In this document: positions 1 through 13,579 of the stretch, in pieces
Layout: each line of letters opens with the position of its first letter
How positions within the stretch are numbered: position 1 is the first letter of the stretch
NCBI GenBank assembly: GCA_002633005.1
Contig: NMRA01000257.1
Location: 92,731-156,730, forward strand
From: Phoronis australis
Lineage: Eukaryota > Animalia > Phoronida
Reading direction: 5' to 3'
Length of the DNA stretch: 64,000 nt
Translations under genes and position numbers: made by a program
The notes under the pieces: generated by a model
The model's database searches: none
What the model was told of the DNA's origin: nothing
The model's input: only the letters and a program-made list of their open reading frames with translations

Positions 1-518
1 TGTACATACTGAGGTGGACTTTAAATGCTCCCGTGGTCAGATGTTGGTACCTCGTTCATCTATGCTAAGTGCTCTGAGCTGCCGGTCTAGAAGTCTCGAT
101 CGTGAGAAATTGGGGGTGGACGGTAAGCCGAGCATGGGCGCTTGAAAATGAAAAATTGAAATTTTCGGGGGTGGGCGGTAAGCCGAGCATGAGCCGTAAC
201 CCGGGCGACTACGGATATTATAGTAGATTAGCTCAACACTGGTTTTGTCATGGTAGCACCATAAGTACCTGAGGGCTAAAAGCGTTATTCAGCAAAATAT
301 TTTATAGTTGTTTCAGAAAGTCTAATTGAGATGAAACAGTTCACGGTTGTGTCACAAAGTGTAATCTGTAGTGTGAAGCGGACGGTCCTTACCAATAGCT
401 GTCTACTAATTCGACTAACTTACATTAAGGAAACCTTGCAAGATGTTCCAAAACGTGCTCTAGCAATGTTAGCACAGCATTTGTTTTTCAATTGCTAATA
501 GGTCAGAACGGGAATTAA

Positions 519-1845
519 AGGCGAAGGCAACCCTTTTTCATGTCACTTTTAGCAAAAAAAGGTTCATTGATTATCCCATACACATTTTTCACTTAATTAC
601 AGCTTTTCATAATTTGATTAATTTCTCGTCCTCTACTCCGGAAGTGACGTTTTGGGAGGCAAGAGTTTCGCGCCAATTTCTTTTCATTATAGTCTGATTG
701 TGAGAGCTGTCGAGTCAGTCATTGTTCTACCTCGTTTGTGATAAGTTCGGTCGTCGTTTGCTTTTGTTTACAAGTCAGTCAACATGCAACGCTGTTGCTG
801 CGTGCCGGAATGTACTCATTCTCGTCTCACACGCGCTTTGGGTACCTTGCGTCGCTTTCCGAAGGATGGCACACTTCGCTGTACTTGGCTAGCTCGTTCG
901 TGAAGAACGCAGCGCTACCCGTCCACGCAAAGTACAAAGCAATGGAGGGTTACCGAGTGTGTGGCAAGCATTTTCTGCCGTCAGATTATGACAGACATGT
1001 ACGCTGAATTGATGAAGGTCCCTGAGAAACAACGCCTGAAGAAGGGTACCATACCGTCGCTGTTGATTCCCGGCAGTGCCCCGTCGCCAACCCCGAGAAG
1101 TGCGTTTTTGAAGTGAGAAGCCTCGCGAGCTGTGGCCACTATATACAGTGACTGGAGGCACTTCATCTACTGTTACCGGGGCCTCCGAACGTACCCCATT
1201 GCGTGCAATTCCGGGAACTAGCAGTGATTCGCACTGTGCTGTTGTTTCTAGCCCAGAACCTGTAAGCAGCCCTGCAGCGATGTTGAGCAGTGGGAGTGAA
1301 TACAGGCCCAGTTCGACACCCAGTGAAGAGGACAGTTCGTCATCCAGTGAACAGATCGGTGAGCCTAAGTTTGATAAGTTTATTGTGGACTTGTATAGGA
1401 GCTATTTGGAAGGTGCCAGGTGTGTGGCGAAGGAGTCACACGGCGGGATGTAAGCAGTTTGGGTGCTCAGATCACCCTTCAGTGGGAATGTGTCGCGGGA
1501 CACTCGGGCAAGTGGGACAGTTCTTCCTTTGTACGTGAGACGATAACGAGTACACCCCAGTACGCAGCAACAGCGTGGCATGTTGACTAACTCGTAAGCA
1601 AAAGCAAACGAAGACCGAACTCATCCCAACCGATGTAGAACAATGACTAACTCGGCTGCTCTCACAGTCTGCCTATATGAAAAGAAATTGGCGCGAAATT
1701 CTTGCCTCCCAAAACGTCACTTCCGGAGCAGACGACGAGTAATTAATTAAATTACGAAAAGCAGTAAATAAGTGAAAAATATGTATGGATAATCAACGAA
1801 CCTTATTTTTGCTAAAAATGACATGAAAAAAGGTGGCCTTCGCCT
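519..1845. mobile_element. Non-autonomous Kolobok-like DNA transposon with ~310-bp TIRs and TTAA target-site duplication
   Basis: TTAA (515-518), AGGCGAAGGC...GCCTTCGCCT, TTAA (1846-1849). Segment 519-830 is a close inverted copy of 1535-1845. TTAA TSD, RR...YY termini and a THAP domain together are characteristic of the Kolobok superfamily. Confidence 0.8.
784..1530 (+). pseudogene. Frameshifted THAP-domain transposase N-terminal remnant
   Basis: ATG 784 reads MQRCCCVPEC...RRFPKDGTLRCTWL; after a frameshift, YRVCGKHFLPSDY; after another, RLKKGTIPSLL. These are the THAP C2CH, FP, W and AVPTIF-like motifs. A Ser-rich linker and KFIV...C / QWECVAGHSGKWDSS follow. No DDE core is present (internally deleted). 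Confidence 0.8.
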
Positions 1846-2936
1846 TTAATATATGAGGCATTATTTATACTTGAAGTATGTCCCGGAGTCAGTGGCGTAG
1901 CAACGGCGAGCGGTCGCAATGACCCCCACCCCCATCCAACGCCAATAGAAGGGGGGCATCGTCTGACCCAAAAACTATATACATGAGTTGGCATGACTAG
2001 TTTTTCTTTACTTGGCGGGTGAAAAAAAGTTAGCGCACACCCCCTTCCGCACAAGCGGGTTGAGGCGATCGCCGGAGCGCACGATACAGCCACGAGGTGC
2101 AAGTGGACCACGAGCCCCTACCAATGCTCAGTGCAAAAACGTCTATCCCACGTTCAAAACGTTTCAGTTTTGGGTTTGATCACCATTCCTTGCAATGTGC
2201 CTTTTTCAAAATGTCCATTTTTGTCTTGTGTTTACATAAGCAGATTTCGTAAGGGCCTGTTTTGCAGTTGTATGTATTTTGAGTTTAAAAACTTAGATGT
2301 CAAAGCCTCTGAATTTATTCTTCCAACTGTTACTCTCTTAGATTTTGTATTTTGCATTTAAATACTACAGGAACGATAATAAAACATGTTTCCAAGAAAA
2401 CGGTGTTCATATAATATCAATACTTGTTATTCAAAACTTGTCTTTTCTATATTAAAGATTTTACAGTAGGCGCATATTGGTATTTATGCCTCGGGGCACC
2501 AAAAGCGTCGCTATGCCTCCATACAACACCTATGTACAAGTTTGGTAGTCGAGCCAAAACTGAAAAGTAACAGTGTCAAAAAAGGGGTTGATTGATAAGA
2601 AGAGGCAGGCATAATTATTAAAGAAGGTGCAAACATTTACCGGGTTTTAGTAAAAAACAACTTTCATCGATTATATGCAGTGATTAAGGATAGGTACTGC
2701 CGGATTTCGCTTTGAGCAAATTAAGTTACAGTCCCTCAAAAACGGCTCTTCCTCTTAGCCACGGGTGATGCGTGCAAACTTTACGACTGCGGAGGCAAAT
2801 AATTTAGGGTTCCCAAGAAACCTTAAAGCGGCTTTAGGAATAGTATGAACTGACGGGATAATTGTAACTGTTATACATTAATTAGCCCAAAGGCTGTTCA
2901 ATTGGCATTGTATTCCATGAGACGATAGATAAATAC

Positions 2937-5900
2937 CTTTTGCTCTTAACCATAGTCACAACTGCGTCAGTCATTTGATTATTCATGGCGCGGTCTAAGG
3001 GCGACTCCTTATTAACATTCGTACATCTCACATCAGCATGGTGGTCAAGTAGAAGTTGTATCACTGCACTGTGGCCATAGTAACATGCATGGTGAAGTGC
3101 TGTGTTCTAGCCAATAGTAAGAGAATAACTTCTTGGAGCCAGTTTTCCAGTAGGTGGTGTACGGCGTCTCTGTCGGCGACCATCATCAGGTGAACGACGA
3201 GTTCTGTCCAGGATACACTTATTGTTGTTGGAAATTATTATTATTCTGACACTGTCAAGATTTGAACCCATCATCGTTCAGGATGCACTACCAAATAGTT
3301 GATGAAGGCGCAGAGAAAGGTCAATTTCTAGTATAACCTAACTAATTATGTATTCAAATCCCCGTAGTGATTAATGATTATCAAAGCCTTAATCAACATC
3401 TATGAGAGTATTACTGGACAGATTCCTCTCGTCCCTCACTTTCTGAGAAAAGTCGCCGTCCAAAACGCCCTGCAATTTTTAAAATAGAGGTTGGTGCAAA
3501 CAGACCAAACTTTGAATTAGATAATTTTACAGAGTACATACATAGTGGAAAAAACGGGGTCTAAATCTTGAAAGCATAACAAACCCACGTTGGCCTATTA
3601 ACAACTTACTCACCCCATTGAAAACCCTCAAAAGTTTGGAGGAAAATTTGAAAACAAAACGTCTTATGAAACCTGTTAAACAGACAATCGTGACCTAGTC
3701 ACTTTTAGCGAATTACAAGGCACCTGTGGGAAAAGAGCACCCACTAAGAAACACAATATCCAATGTGACATAGGGAGTATAAATTTTCAGTTATTTCCTG
3801 CTTTTATCTTTCAAGATTGACGCCAATGAATGAATTTGAAGGTCACAGAACGCAGATTGGCTGAAATGTCAAAACAGGGCTTAGTATCCTTTGAATTGGA
3901 TACATAGAGGACCAGGATGGTAAAAGGGAAATTTTTAAGAGAGTTGCAGCATTGTAACAAGTCAAAACAGGATTGCATTAAATTGGTGGCATTGTGCCTT
4001 ATTTGGTTGTATTTTGGAGTTATGGATCAATTAATACGTTGTGTAAACAATCTTGATTAAAGGCAAGTCAAAAGACAATTTTATATGGTCACATATGAGG
4101 TAGTCGTGAGGTGAGCTAGTTTTCCATAATTAATATATAAACAACTTCCAATTATTTCAATTTTACATATTTCCCTCAGTTGATTTTCTGAAATTACTAA
4201 AACCTAATTAGGATACCTTCTGTTTGTCAGTGGCGTTAATCAATGGCCTATATTCCAGTAGCTCCACCACAGTAGACACATGGCCGTTCTTGGCAGCCAT
4301 AATCAAAGGACACGTGTGATTTTCATTCCTAAAATAAAGATACATGAAGGCAAGACATCAACCACTCTTCACATCACATTACATTTGTCTTTTGAAATTA
4401 GCAAATAAAAAAGCCCTGACTGCACACAATAACAGGAGTAATTCCTACACGGGACTGCACACTAATAGGTGCAATTGTTACAGGGCTATCTTGTAGGACT
4501 ACAATCGGAGGGGGTAGACAGGTGTGACACGACTTTTAACTTATATAAGTCATAAACAAAGTCGTGCGTGACAATAGCAGCGTTTAGACAATAGTCCAAA
4601 AAGTAGTATATGAAAAATTGGGGTGCAGACGAAGAATACCCCGCATAAATCTACTCATAAAAACTCCATAACTGCTAATCATGAAATAAAGAAATAACAC
4701 AACAGATCCAAAGCCACAACTGTCTTTACAATTTACCTCAGGTTCACATTGAAATTGCTGAATAAAACTAGAATATTACCGATAATGAGGGCAGTAACAA
4801 CTCTCAAATCTCAGCTCAAAATTTATGTTTGTAACCTTTCACCAATAAAATCTGATTGGATCGCTCAGAAAAGTAATGCCTTTCATTGTAATGTTGGCTT
4901 ACACGTGTGTATGGTAGTTGAATAGCATGCCTTCATCTGTAGGAGAAACAACATTTTCAAAATTTGATGATCTTTGAACAAATTGACCTCTTCCGGTCGT
5001 GCATTTCGGAATATCGATGTATACTATTTCAAACAATACATACTGGTGAATGGCTAAAATTTCAAAGACTGATCTCTAGTAATCTGGAACTACAGTGTAT
5101 AGCAAGGTCTAAAAATGGCAGGAAACAACATGAAGAATAACATAAAACAGCACATTTAAATAACAACATTCTGCACTGGTACCGGTAAAGTATTAAACTA
5201 ATCTTACTTTGAGGTCAAACAGGCACCATGTGCCAACAACAATGCAGCTGAGTTATTGTGGCCATTTTCACAAGCCAACAAAAGAGGGCTATTTCCTTCG
5301 ATGTCGCCGTTATTGATCTCCGACAGGTGATTCTTCAACAAAATTTCTATACATGCACATTGTCCATTCCTGAAACAAACAAACGGGGAGAAACTTGCAA
5401 AGACATCATGTTACAGAATGGTCTTTCAAAAATTAAATCTTAAAATATGCCCAATGTACCTTCCCTGTCAAACAGTGACCCAAAGGGACATACCGGCATA
5501 CAGTACATGTAACAAGCGCAAGAGGGGAGTTTACAATTCATACACAATGTCAACTTATATCTGACAATTTCAATGAATAGGTCACACAAAACAATTACAT
5601 ACTCAGCTGCCAAATGCAAAGGTGTTTTCTCATCATGATCCCTTGCACTTGGAGAAGCTCCATTCTCCAATAGCAAGATAGCAATGTGGTCCTGACCGGA
5701 TGCAGCCGCATAGTGCAAAGGAGTCTGTTCAACGTCATCCACAGAATTGACAAGGTCACATCCATCCTTCTACAATCAAATGGACAATATCAGCTGCGGT
5801 AGTTCAAAGACGCTTCGCAAAACGTGTTGTTACAGCTCATTTCTCTGCGCCGTTTGAAGTGTAATTTTGAGGATGATAGCCTTTACTTGGTGGGGTAGCA

Positions 5901-8900
5901 AAAGGAGCATGTAAATATTATACTTTAGTTTGAGAGTTTGGATGACCTACTAGATATTGAATGAATGCAATCAGGTGTGGATGCAATTTTGTTCTGAACA
6001 CTTGCCTTAGCTTCATTGATGACAAACAAAGATGTTTCATGACTTCCACTCTCAACAGCAAGATGTAAACATGACCGATTTTTATCATCTACGGTCTTGA
6101 TATCAGCACCTTTGGACAACAAGAACTCCACAGAACCTTTCTGTCCTTTTTGGGCAGCACACAACAGTGGAGTGTAAGAGAGCATATTTTCAGCATCATA
6201 ATTAGCTCCGTATTCCAGCAGAATCGCCATCACCCTCAGACTACCAAAGATTGCTGCTCTGAAATTCCGAGTTATGAGCTAAATGAGGCTACACTTAAAC
6301 AATATAATTACAGAATTTACAATTATCAGCATAATATATGGGGAGAAATAAAATGACGCATCCTGAACAACTAAGTTGGTATAACAACTGAACACCGTGT
6401 GTACCTATTCGTCCAAACAATATGGAAGTATACCTGTGAAATGGTGTCATCTTTTCCTCATCAACTGGATTGACATGCGAACCGTGTTTTATTAACGTTG
6501 AGGCAATTTCACTGTAGTCATGTATAGCAGTGACATGCAGAGGTGTCCACTTGTTTAACTAAAAGTGAGCAGACCAAATTAAAAACAAATTCCGGGGGTG
6601 TAGGTGTTTTGAGGATTAACACATTTTACTATATCTGAAATTGGCATACACTTTCATTTTCATCGGCACTTGCAGCAACGATTTTAACCAACGTACGATG
6701 CCCCGACCATGCACTCATTGGCGTGCATTGCTTACGACGACAAACGCCCGAGGTGACCTTTCCAGCATTTCAGCGCGAATTTCACTGAGAACGACAGTGA
6801 TTGGCAAAGGAAATTCAGTGCGTTAGGAGTAAAAAGTTCATTTCATCAGCATTGGTAGAATTGAACTATAACCAGTGGAAAAGATTTACTTAATCGGAGA
6901 CTGAATTTTGAGAGAATTAAAGGTGAAGAAATAAAATAAGCTTATGTTTCCTGAACAAAATAAGGCAACACAACACCAAGTCTTGTTTACCTTTTTAGTA
7001 TTAACAATAGCACCATTTTCCAGCAACAGTGCTGCTATTTCAGCATGTTCACTATCCACTGCAACGTATAATGCAGATTGAAGTTCATCGTCCACAGCGT
7101 TGACATAAGTCTTTGTTATTTGTTTTTTGTCAGCTGTAACGACAGAATATAAAACCGCGGTAACATGGATACAGCATGCGACTAAAACGATGGCTCAGTT
7201 ACCTTCGCTAAGTAATATGAAAATTTTAGCGTTTTAGCCAGACAAACGAACTGCTCGTCCGCTCTGCCGTTTTCGCCATAACCCAGTCATTTTTTCACCA
7301 GCGATAAATCGCGCAATTTAATGTCAAATGTTCATTTAACATCATTAATTGATCAAAGCCACTCTTACCCTTTCACCTGAAGTAAAGAGCCTCCTAAGGA
7401 ACTAGTGCAACGCCCAAAGTTTTGGGGTTACGTATACGGCCAGCAAAGTGCCAGGAAATAGAGACAGCGTTTGAGTTACTGGCGTTTGCCACAAGAGAAA
7501 GTCCAAGCCGGTAACGGTGGCATTTCTGCCAATTTGTGGACAGGTAAAGACAAGTGAACCACATCAAAAATTTAATGAAAGTTCGAGGTGCATGCAGCGT
7601 ATGACTGGCACACCAGATACTGACCAGCTTGCAGAATACGGCGAACAACGTCCACATGACTGTGTATTGATGCAATAATCAGTGGAGTTCTTTGAGAAAT
7701 GTCCGCAGCTTCAATGTCTGCCTGATAATCTAACTGAAAGAAACAATGTTTCGAGAGGTGATATCCATTGGCAAAGGCAAAAAACTAAAGTAAATGTACA
7801 CAACACTGCAAACCCACAAACCCACTGTGGCGTCGAGAGAAAAAGCGGGGTCACCCGATCAACTACCCCCAATAACCCCACACGCACGCATGCCTCGTTT
7901 TAGGTAGGTGAAGACAAACAGCGTCAATAACTGTCATTGTAGGATATCAAAACAATTATTATTCAAAGATATAAACAAGATTTTTCATTCATACGGTGGA
8001 ACAGAGAAGGTTCATCATTCTTATATTACTAAAGAAATTCATCCGTCCAGAATACATTAAGGAGCAAAATTGTTTAGACGTAAACGACAACCGTTTCCTC
8101 GTTTCCTCATTTTTAAACTGAATTTAACTGTTTAAAAATGACTGCCAAATTAGAAGGTCCAAGACGTTGAAAAGGTGACGATTTTTTCGCCAATGTCTAG
8201 ACAATTTTGCTCCCCATTCTTCAGTCTTTCAATGACACTGAATGAGCAATCTATCTCCCTGAGCAAATGCCACAGGCAAGCAATTCAAGTTTATCTCACG
8301 TATCCGAGGCATCTCCCTAACTGACTGCAAATATCACCTGTGCTACTGTTCAAGTGGGACACGCCTGAGCGTCGAACTTGAAACATGGCCATTGAACATG
8401 TTTTGCTAGATGCTGCAATTCTAGGGTTGGATACCTCCACATCGCATCAAACATCCTCTCTAACTGCATGGCTGACTAGTAGCGTGTGTTTGATTAGCTA
8501 TGACAGAGTCCAGAATACAATAGAAGGCTTCTCATCTGCACTTTCTGACATGTCCTCCCTTGTTTCTTTTTTGCGTCTTTTCTCAGTTGGGAATGCAATA
8601 CTCACAACTTCGGCAAACCTGTTGTCAGTTGTTTCTCAAGTCTTTGATATCGTCAAAGACTATTTAATATACTTTCTACTTCAATATCTCAGGTTGTATT
8701 CTTTGTTTGCAACACCTCATGTCTCTTCCTTAAGAACTTTTGCCCATGAAGAGGCCATGGCCAAACATTCATACGAGTTAAGGAAGCGTTTGCTCCCACG
8801 AAGGTCTGACCACGCTCAGCTTCATGCCGTGCTAAGTGACTTTCGTCAACGTAGGAAGACGTGCAGCAACTGGACAACCACTTTCTCTAACCAATGTGTT

Positions 8901-11900
8901 TGACATGCTGTGGAGAGCACTACCAACTGAGGTGATTCTTTAGAATATACCAGTGTTGTGGACTGGAACGGAAGACACTGCGCAGCTTCCTAAAACAACT
9001 GTTAGCAGCATGTACTCCACACGGCTTACGACAGCGACAAGCACAAGATGAGAATGGCCAAAAGGCATCTCAATGAGATCGAGCGCCTTAAATTAACCAC
9101 TTACAGTGAATGATACTGCAGTTATCGGAAACCTGATTGCGACGAACGACAACTGGTTCACTATGCTTCTTCAGTTTTTCGAGGATTATTGCAGCTTTAG
9201 CTTCATCATTTTGTTGCAATCTACGAATTCCAGCATCAGCGATTACAATGCAATACTTGGCATTGACACGATGATTCAAAAAGGCTTTTACCACTTTAGG
9301 AGAATATCTGGTTCAAGGCTGACTGCTGAAGGTGTTTTAAATTGTTTTATTTTGAAGGAGGCGTTGAGATGTTCAACCAATTGATTTGGTGGCATTCTGC
9401 ATTAGTACATCAGAACTAAACTGCGCCCGTACTCGTGCCTTTGTTGGTAAAGCAGTAGTTAAAATCACAGTCAATATATTTCTCCTCGCAAATTGCTCTG
9501 AAAGCAATTCATTTATTCAGGCCCACGAGCCCCCCACCAATGTCTAGAATCAAGTAAACTGCTGCGTAGACTTAATAGAGTGAGGCCCCCCAAAAAACAC
9601 AGATTTTACTATGTAATTTTTCGAAAAAGTCATTAATGAAAATGACTTGAAATTGACCGCAAATTATAGAATTTTAAATGTAGTAGTAAAAGTGCAACAT
9701 TTTGTCTCGATTTTTGCACCATTGTTTACAGCTGGATAATTGTGCACTAAAGTTGTAAATGAGTAAAGATATTCTGTTTCTGATTTCTAGTTTTGAATTT
9801 GGAAGCTTTGTCTTTGTCCAACTGATGCCAAATGGGCAAAACGCTTGGGAAATTTCATTTTTGTTTCGGTAGCGTGTTATTTGTTTTTTGTTGTTTTTTT
9901 TTAATTTGCTAGAGTCCCTCGACTCAAAAGGGCCCGTGGCTATGCTCCCCCTATCGGCGAAACTGTATACCCGTCACAAAATGCATGGTAAGTTACTTTG
10001 TTGTATTCACAAATGTTAAAGCTGAGTTCAATAACTTGTCACCAGGCTCAAACACGTATATTTGAGAGCACGTATTTAAAATTCGGAGACATTTTACCAA
10101 AATTTGGACAACATCTGCATTCTTATGGTGACATGCTTCATGCAGAGGGGTGGAGTTGTCATGATCACGTGGGGACACTTGACATCCATTTTGAAGAAGC
10201 ATCTAAAAGAACAATGAACAAACAATGCATGCAAACGTCACGAAATATCGTCACCAATCTCAAAACATATTCAGGTATCGCCCAGCTTTACATGATCTAT
10301 TAGCCAGAATTCTCTGGTAAAACATTTCCAAACATAAGTGATTCTATCTATGACATAAACAATCCAGTGTCTGTGTGGACCTGAATTTTGACTGTACCAT
10401 GGCGAGCCACAGAGGCTGCACGGATAACAGACTTGTTGTACACACTCAGGACGTTTTTAACATAGCGGCACACAAACTCGCAAGTGCAAGAATTAAAGAA
10501 CTGGATTCCCCACCACGCATTACCAAATCATTGCTAAATGGTAGCTCCGTTGAGAATAATTAGGGAATCGACAATGACACACTATTGAAGAAGCGTGAGC
10601 TTCAGTTCAAAGAGTCTGCAGTCTGCAGTACGACAGGCGTATGGTCCAAAGCGTCCATTGTCTGAAGGATCTATAAGCACCCCTCCATAATCAATAAGTG
10701 AAAAAGAAGCATCATCATATTTGTTGATCGATGTACGTTAGATAGTTTTCACGGCAAGTTTGCGGGTAGAAATGCTGTCTGATTTACCTTTACAAGATTG
10801 GCATCACCTCTTCTGACAGCGAAGTGCAATGGAGTTTTGCCACTACAATCTCTGGCCTCCATATCTGCTTGTGCGGTCAGAAGTCTTTGTGCAGCATCTG
10901 CGGCTTTATATTTACAGGCTATGTGTAACGGGCTGCAGTGACCAGCTCCTTCGACGTTAACATTTACATCTTTGCTTAACATGATGTCTAATACAGCAAC
11001 TCTAAAGCAAATAATCGTTTCTTGTTATATAAAAATTGTTTTCACAGCTTCTAAATTTGCAACACTGGAACATGCTCTGTACTTCAATATATTCTGAATA
11101 GTATAAATATAGGTTTATAAACAGTTTGTTTCTGATATTATGAGTTTTAAGGGACCATTCTCGAGGAGATAACATAATTTTACAGAAATGAGTCACACAG
11201 CAGGATTAAACCCACAAACTTAACACCAAAAGCTTCACTCTTTAAACAGCAGAATATTTTAACTGGTAGAGATACTGGTCTTGATTGCAGCGAATATCTT
11301 ACAGATCAAGACGAAATTTGACGATGTGAAACAACGGATATTTGCTTCATAGCTGTGGTCAACGCTAATAACTTAAATAAGTCTATGGCTACAACAATAA
11401 TACCAGAATGCATTTTTTTAGCCGTAAGACTGACACTGCCTCTTTAATTGTCACTGGTTTAAATGTTTTATATAAAAAATCTGTCACCCGTTGTATCTGA
11501 CAGCGTAGTGCAAGCAGGAAAACCCATCCTGATGAATCTGTGTAGCCAGGCTTGGATCAAGTAACAAGTGCTCTGTCACAACTGCAACGTTTCCATCTCG
11601 GACAGCCTGCAATACAATGTTATTAGCAATATCGTGATTCTAAAACTGAAAAAATGGTCTTAAGACAATCGGCGAGTACTCACTTTGAGAACACGCCACT
11701 TCACTACTCCAGGTTCACTACTCCCAAACTTCATTATTCGGAAAGTTCGCTACTCAAGCAACTCGCTCACCATAAAAAAAAAACACACGCACGGCATACG
11801 GTAGGCCTACCTTGCTTATAGAAGTCAGTTACACCACACTAAAAGGCATTCAGAGTAGTGAACTTTCGGAATAATGAACTTTCGGAGTATTGAACACCAG

Positions 11901-13168
11901 GTGTATTGAATCTCCAGAGTGATAAATCTTCGGAGCAGTGACAGGTAACCCTACTTTTCATTCAATATCTGGTTTATTTGAAACAAAAAATACATTCTAC
12001 TGTTCAAAGCTACTTCGTGCTTTCTGTGGGTCGATGAAGAATGTTCAGGTAAATTTTCAGCAGGGCATGCAGCACAAACCACAAGAGTACAAGTCCCCTT
12101 TAAATGTACTGCTTTTATTTATCGCGGTTGGACCAGCATGCAGCCACTTATCGGCAGGCTTATGTCTAAGACATTAAAAGCATCCGAAATGGCATTTTGT
12201 GAAGCTTTCTTCTGAAAGCAAAAGTTGGGCATGGTTTTGTTTAAGTGGAAACCCGCGTAGTTCCGTAAAAAAACACAGCTGTCATGTTTAGCTGGTTAAA
12301 CATGGGTGCCGCACCATAGGGGGCTGGGGGATATAGCCCTCCAGTATTTCAGTGCTGCGCCGCCCATGTTAAAATGCGAAAATCGAACGTTCATGAAATC
12401 AGTCTCTTAATAATCCTTACAATGGTACGAATCCATTTCCGTTACCAATTAAAGTAACAGACTAGGCTTACACAAGACATTGACGAATCCGCAGTTTTAG
12501 GGTTGGCGAGCTCCTATACGGTCTGAAACGTTTTCTTGAGTCGGTGATAGTTTTGGTGTTCTTGTTGGTGAGGGAAATAGAATTCTGTTACGGCAAAGAA
12601 CACTAACCGTCTTGACAAAACTGATTGCTGATGTAGACCACATACCGCTAAAAATTGGTCTTGTTCCAAGCTCACTGAGAAATGGATTCTGGAGAGAACG
12701 GTTATTGCTTGACGGATCACGCTCTGCGCCGGTAAAAAATTACTTGTCGTGGCAAGCCAACTTGAAGTGCCTGGTCTTAAACTGTGACTTTTTTAATGCT
12801 TAGAAAACACCACTAATTTCACTAAGGAGCAACTTCAGACCACCTCATAAAACAAAAATTAGTATTTGTAATGGAAGGACCCCGGGGTTACAGCCGCCTT
12901 CAAACTGTATTCAATCAAATATCAATCAGAACTTTGTACTTTTAAGTATAAACTTATTGAACCAACTGTTGTCAAGACAACATGCATTTTTCGGTCAAAT
13001 GAATAAATTGAGACAAAGACAACCTGGGGTAAAGACAACAATGGCACATCTTCCTCCGTGTTTTTTGCATCCGAGCTCTTCCTCCTATTGGAGTCCCGGC
13101 GTGTCGTCAATGCAACGGTGTGGAAAGTTCGGTCTTGTCCACCATGGCCAATGCGATGCTTCTGCACT
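2937..13168 (-). CDS. TRPA1-like: TRPA1-like channel paralogue A, partial (N-terminus and ankyrin array; later exons not found in window, probably beyond window start)
   Basis: Exons in transcription order: 13024-13168, 11488-11606, 10788-11001, 10098-10202, 7625-7733, 6991-7133, 6434-6558, 6006-6258, 5603-5769, 5208-5369, 4217-4328, 2937-3106. Phases are consistent and I found no internal stops. Ankyrin repeats include [78 protein letters not shown] and [10 protein letters not shown]. Exon lengths 119/214/105/109/143/125/253/167/162/112/170 match paralogue B (256 in place of 253). Confidence 0.9.
8210..9420 (-). mobile_element. Decayed hAT transposase fragment in an intron of paralogue A
   Basis: Collinear hAT motifs across frameshifts: [25 protein letters not shown] (cf. 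CRGQGYDN), SSCAC....CGVHAA (CxxH), [25 protein letters not shown], and C-terminal [18 protein letters not shown] (dimerisation motif). Confidence 0.75.
11700..11950. mobile_element. MITE-like inverted repeat built of tandem TTCACTACTCC(GAAAG) subunits
   Basis: Left arm repeats ttcactactcc/ttcattattcggaaagttc. Right arm repeats gaactttcggaataatgaa/ggagtattgaa and ends CGGAGCAGTGACAGGTAACC. Confidence 0.55.
12301..12368. mobile_element. MITE family 2 (TIR CATGGGCGGCGCA), 68 bp, 5-bp TSD TTAAA
   Basis: TTAAA|CATGGGTGCCGCA ... TGCGCCGCCCATG|TTAAA. Related copies at 17510-17583 and 18188-18321 have eroded TSDs. Confidence 0.7.
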
Positions 13169-13579
13169 CTGTCACATGAAATATAACAGACAGTGTCTAA
13201 TAATGCTTCAGGTAACTGCATACACTTTACCAAGGTCAAAGAACGGAGGTCATGAAACATCTTGACTAGGCGTAAAATCACATAACCATCGAATCACTTG
13301 ATGTAAAAGTGATGAAGTTAACAACAAAATCATAATATAGATTGTGGACTGCATTATATAGCGACTTTCCCATCCAGCTCAACTTCGAGATATTTTGTGC
13401 GTCCCTCGACAAAAATTACTAGTTCCGCCCCTAGAACAATCATAAGTTTAACATTGTTTGGGCATGTACGGATGGTCACCTGCTATTGGCAAGTGTTCCG
13501 TGAATGACCACCGCGGCATCCTGTTTACTGCAGGTATGGATCGGACAGGAAAACGTAAACAGAAATACTCAGTCAACTG

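Noticed and set aside
1890-2520. CAGTGGCGTAGC-starting element sharing CCACGAGCCCC..CCAATG with 9523-9541
   Set aside because: The right terminus is too eroded and no TSD can be identified, so boundaries cannot be supported.
7203-7225. Apparent exon end ...ILLSE(G)|gtaact suggesting a disrupted 109-nt exon in paralogue A
   Set aside because: The true intact 109-nt exon is at 7625-7733 ([22 protein letters not shown]...), and the upstream frame here has a stop.
8385-8903. 172-aa plus-strand ORF
   Set aside because: It is the antisense shadow of the decayed hAT transposase and has no recognisable domain.
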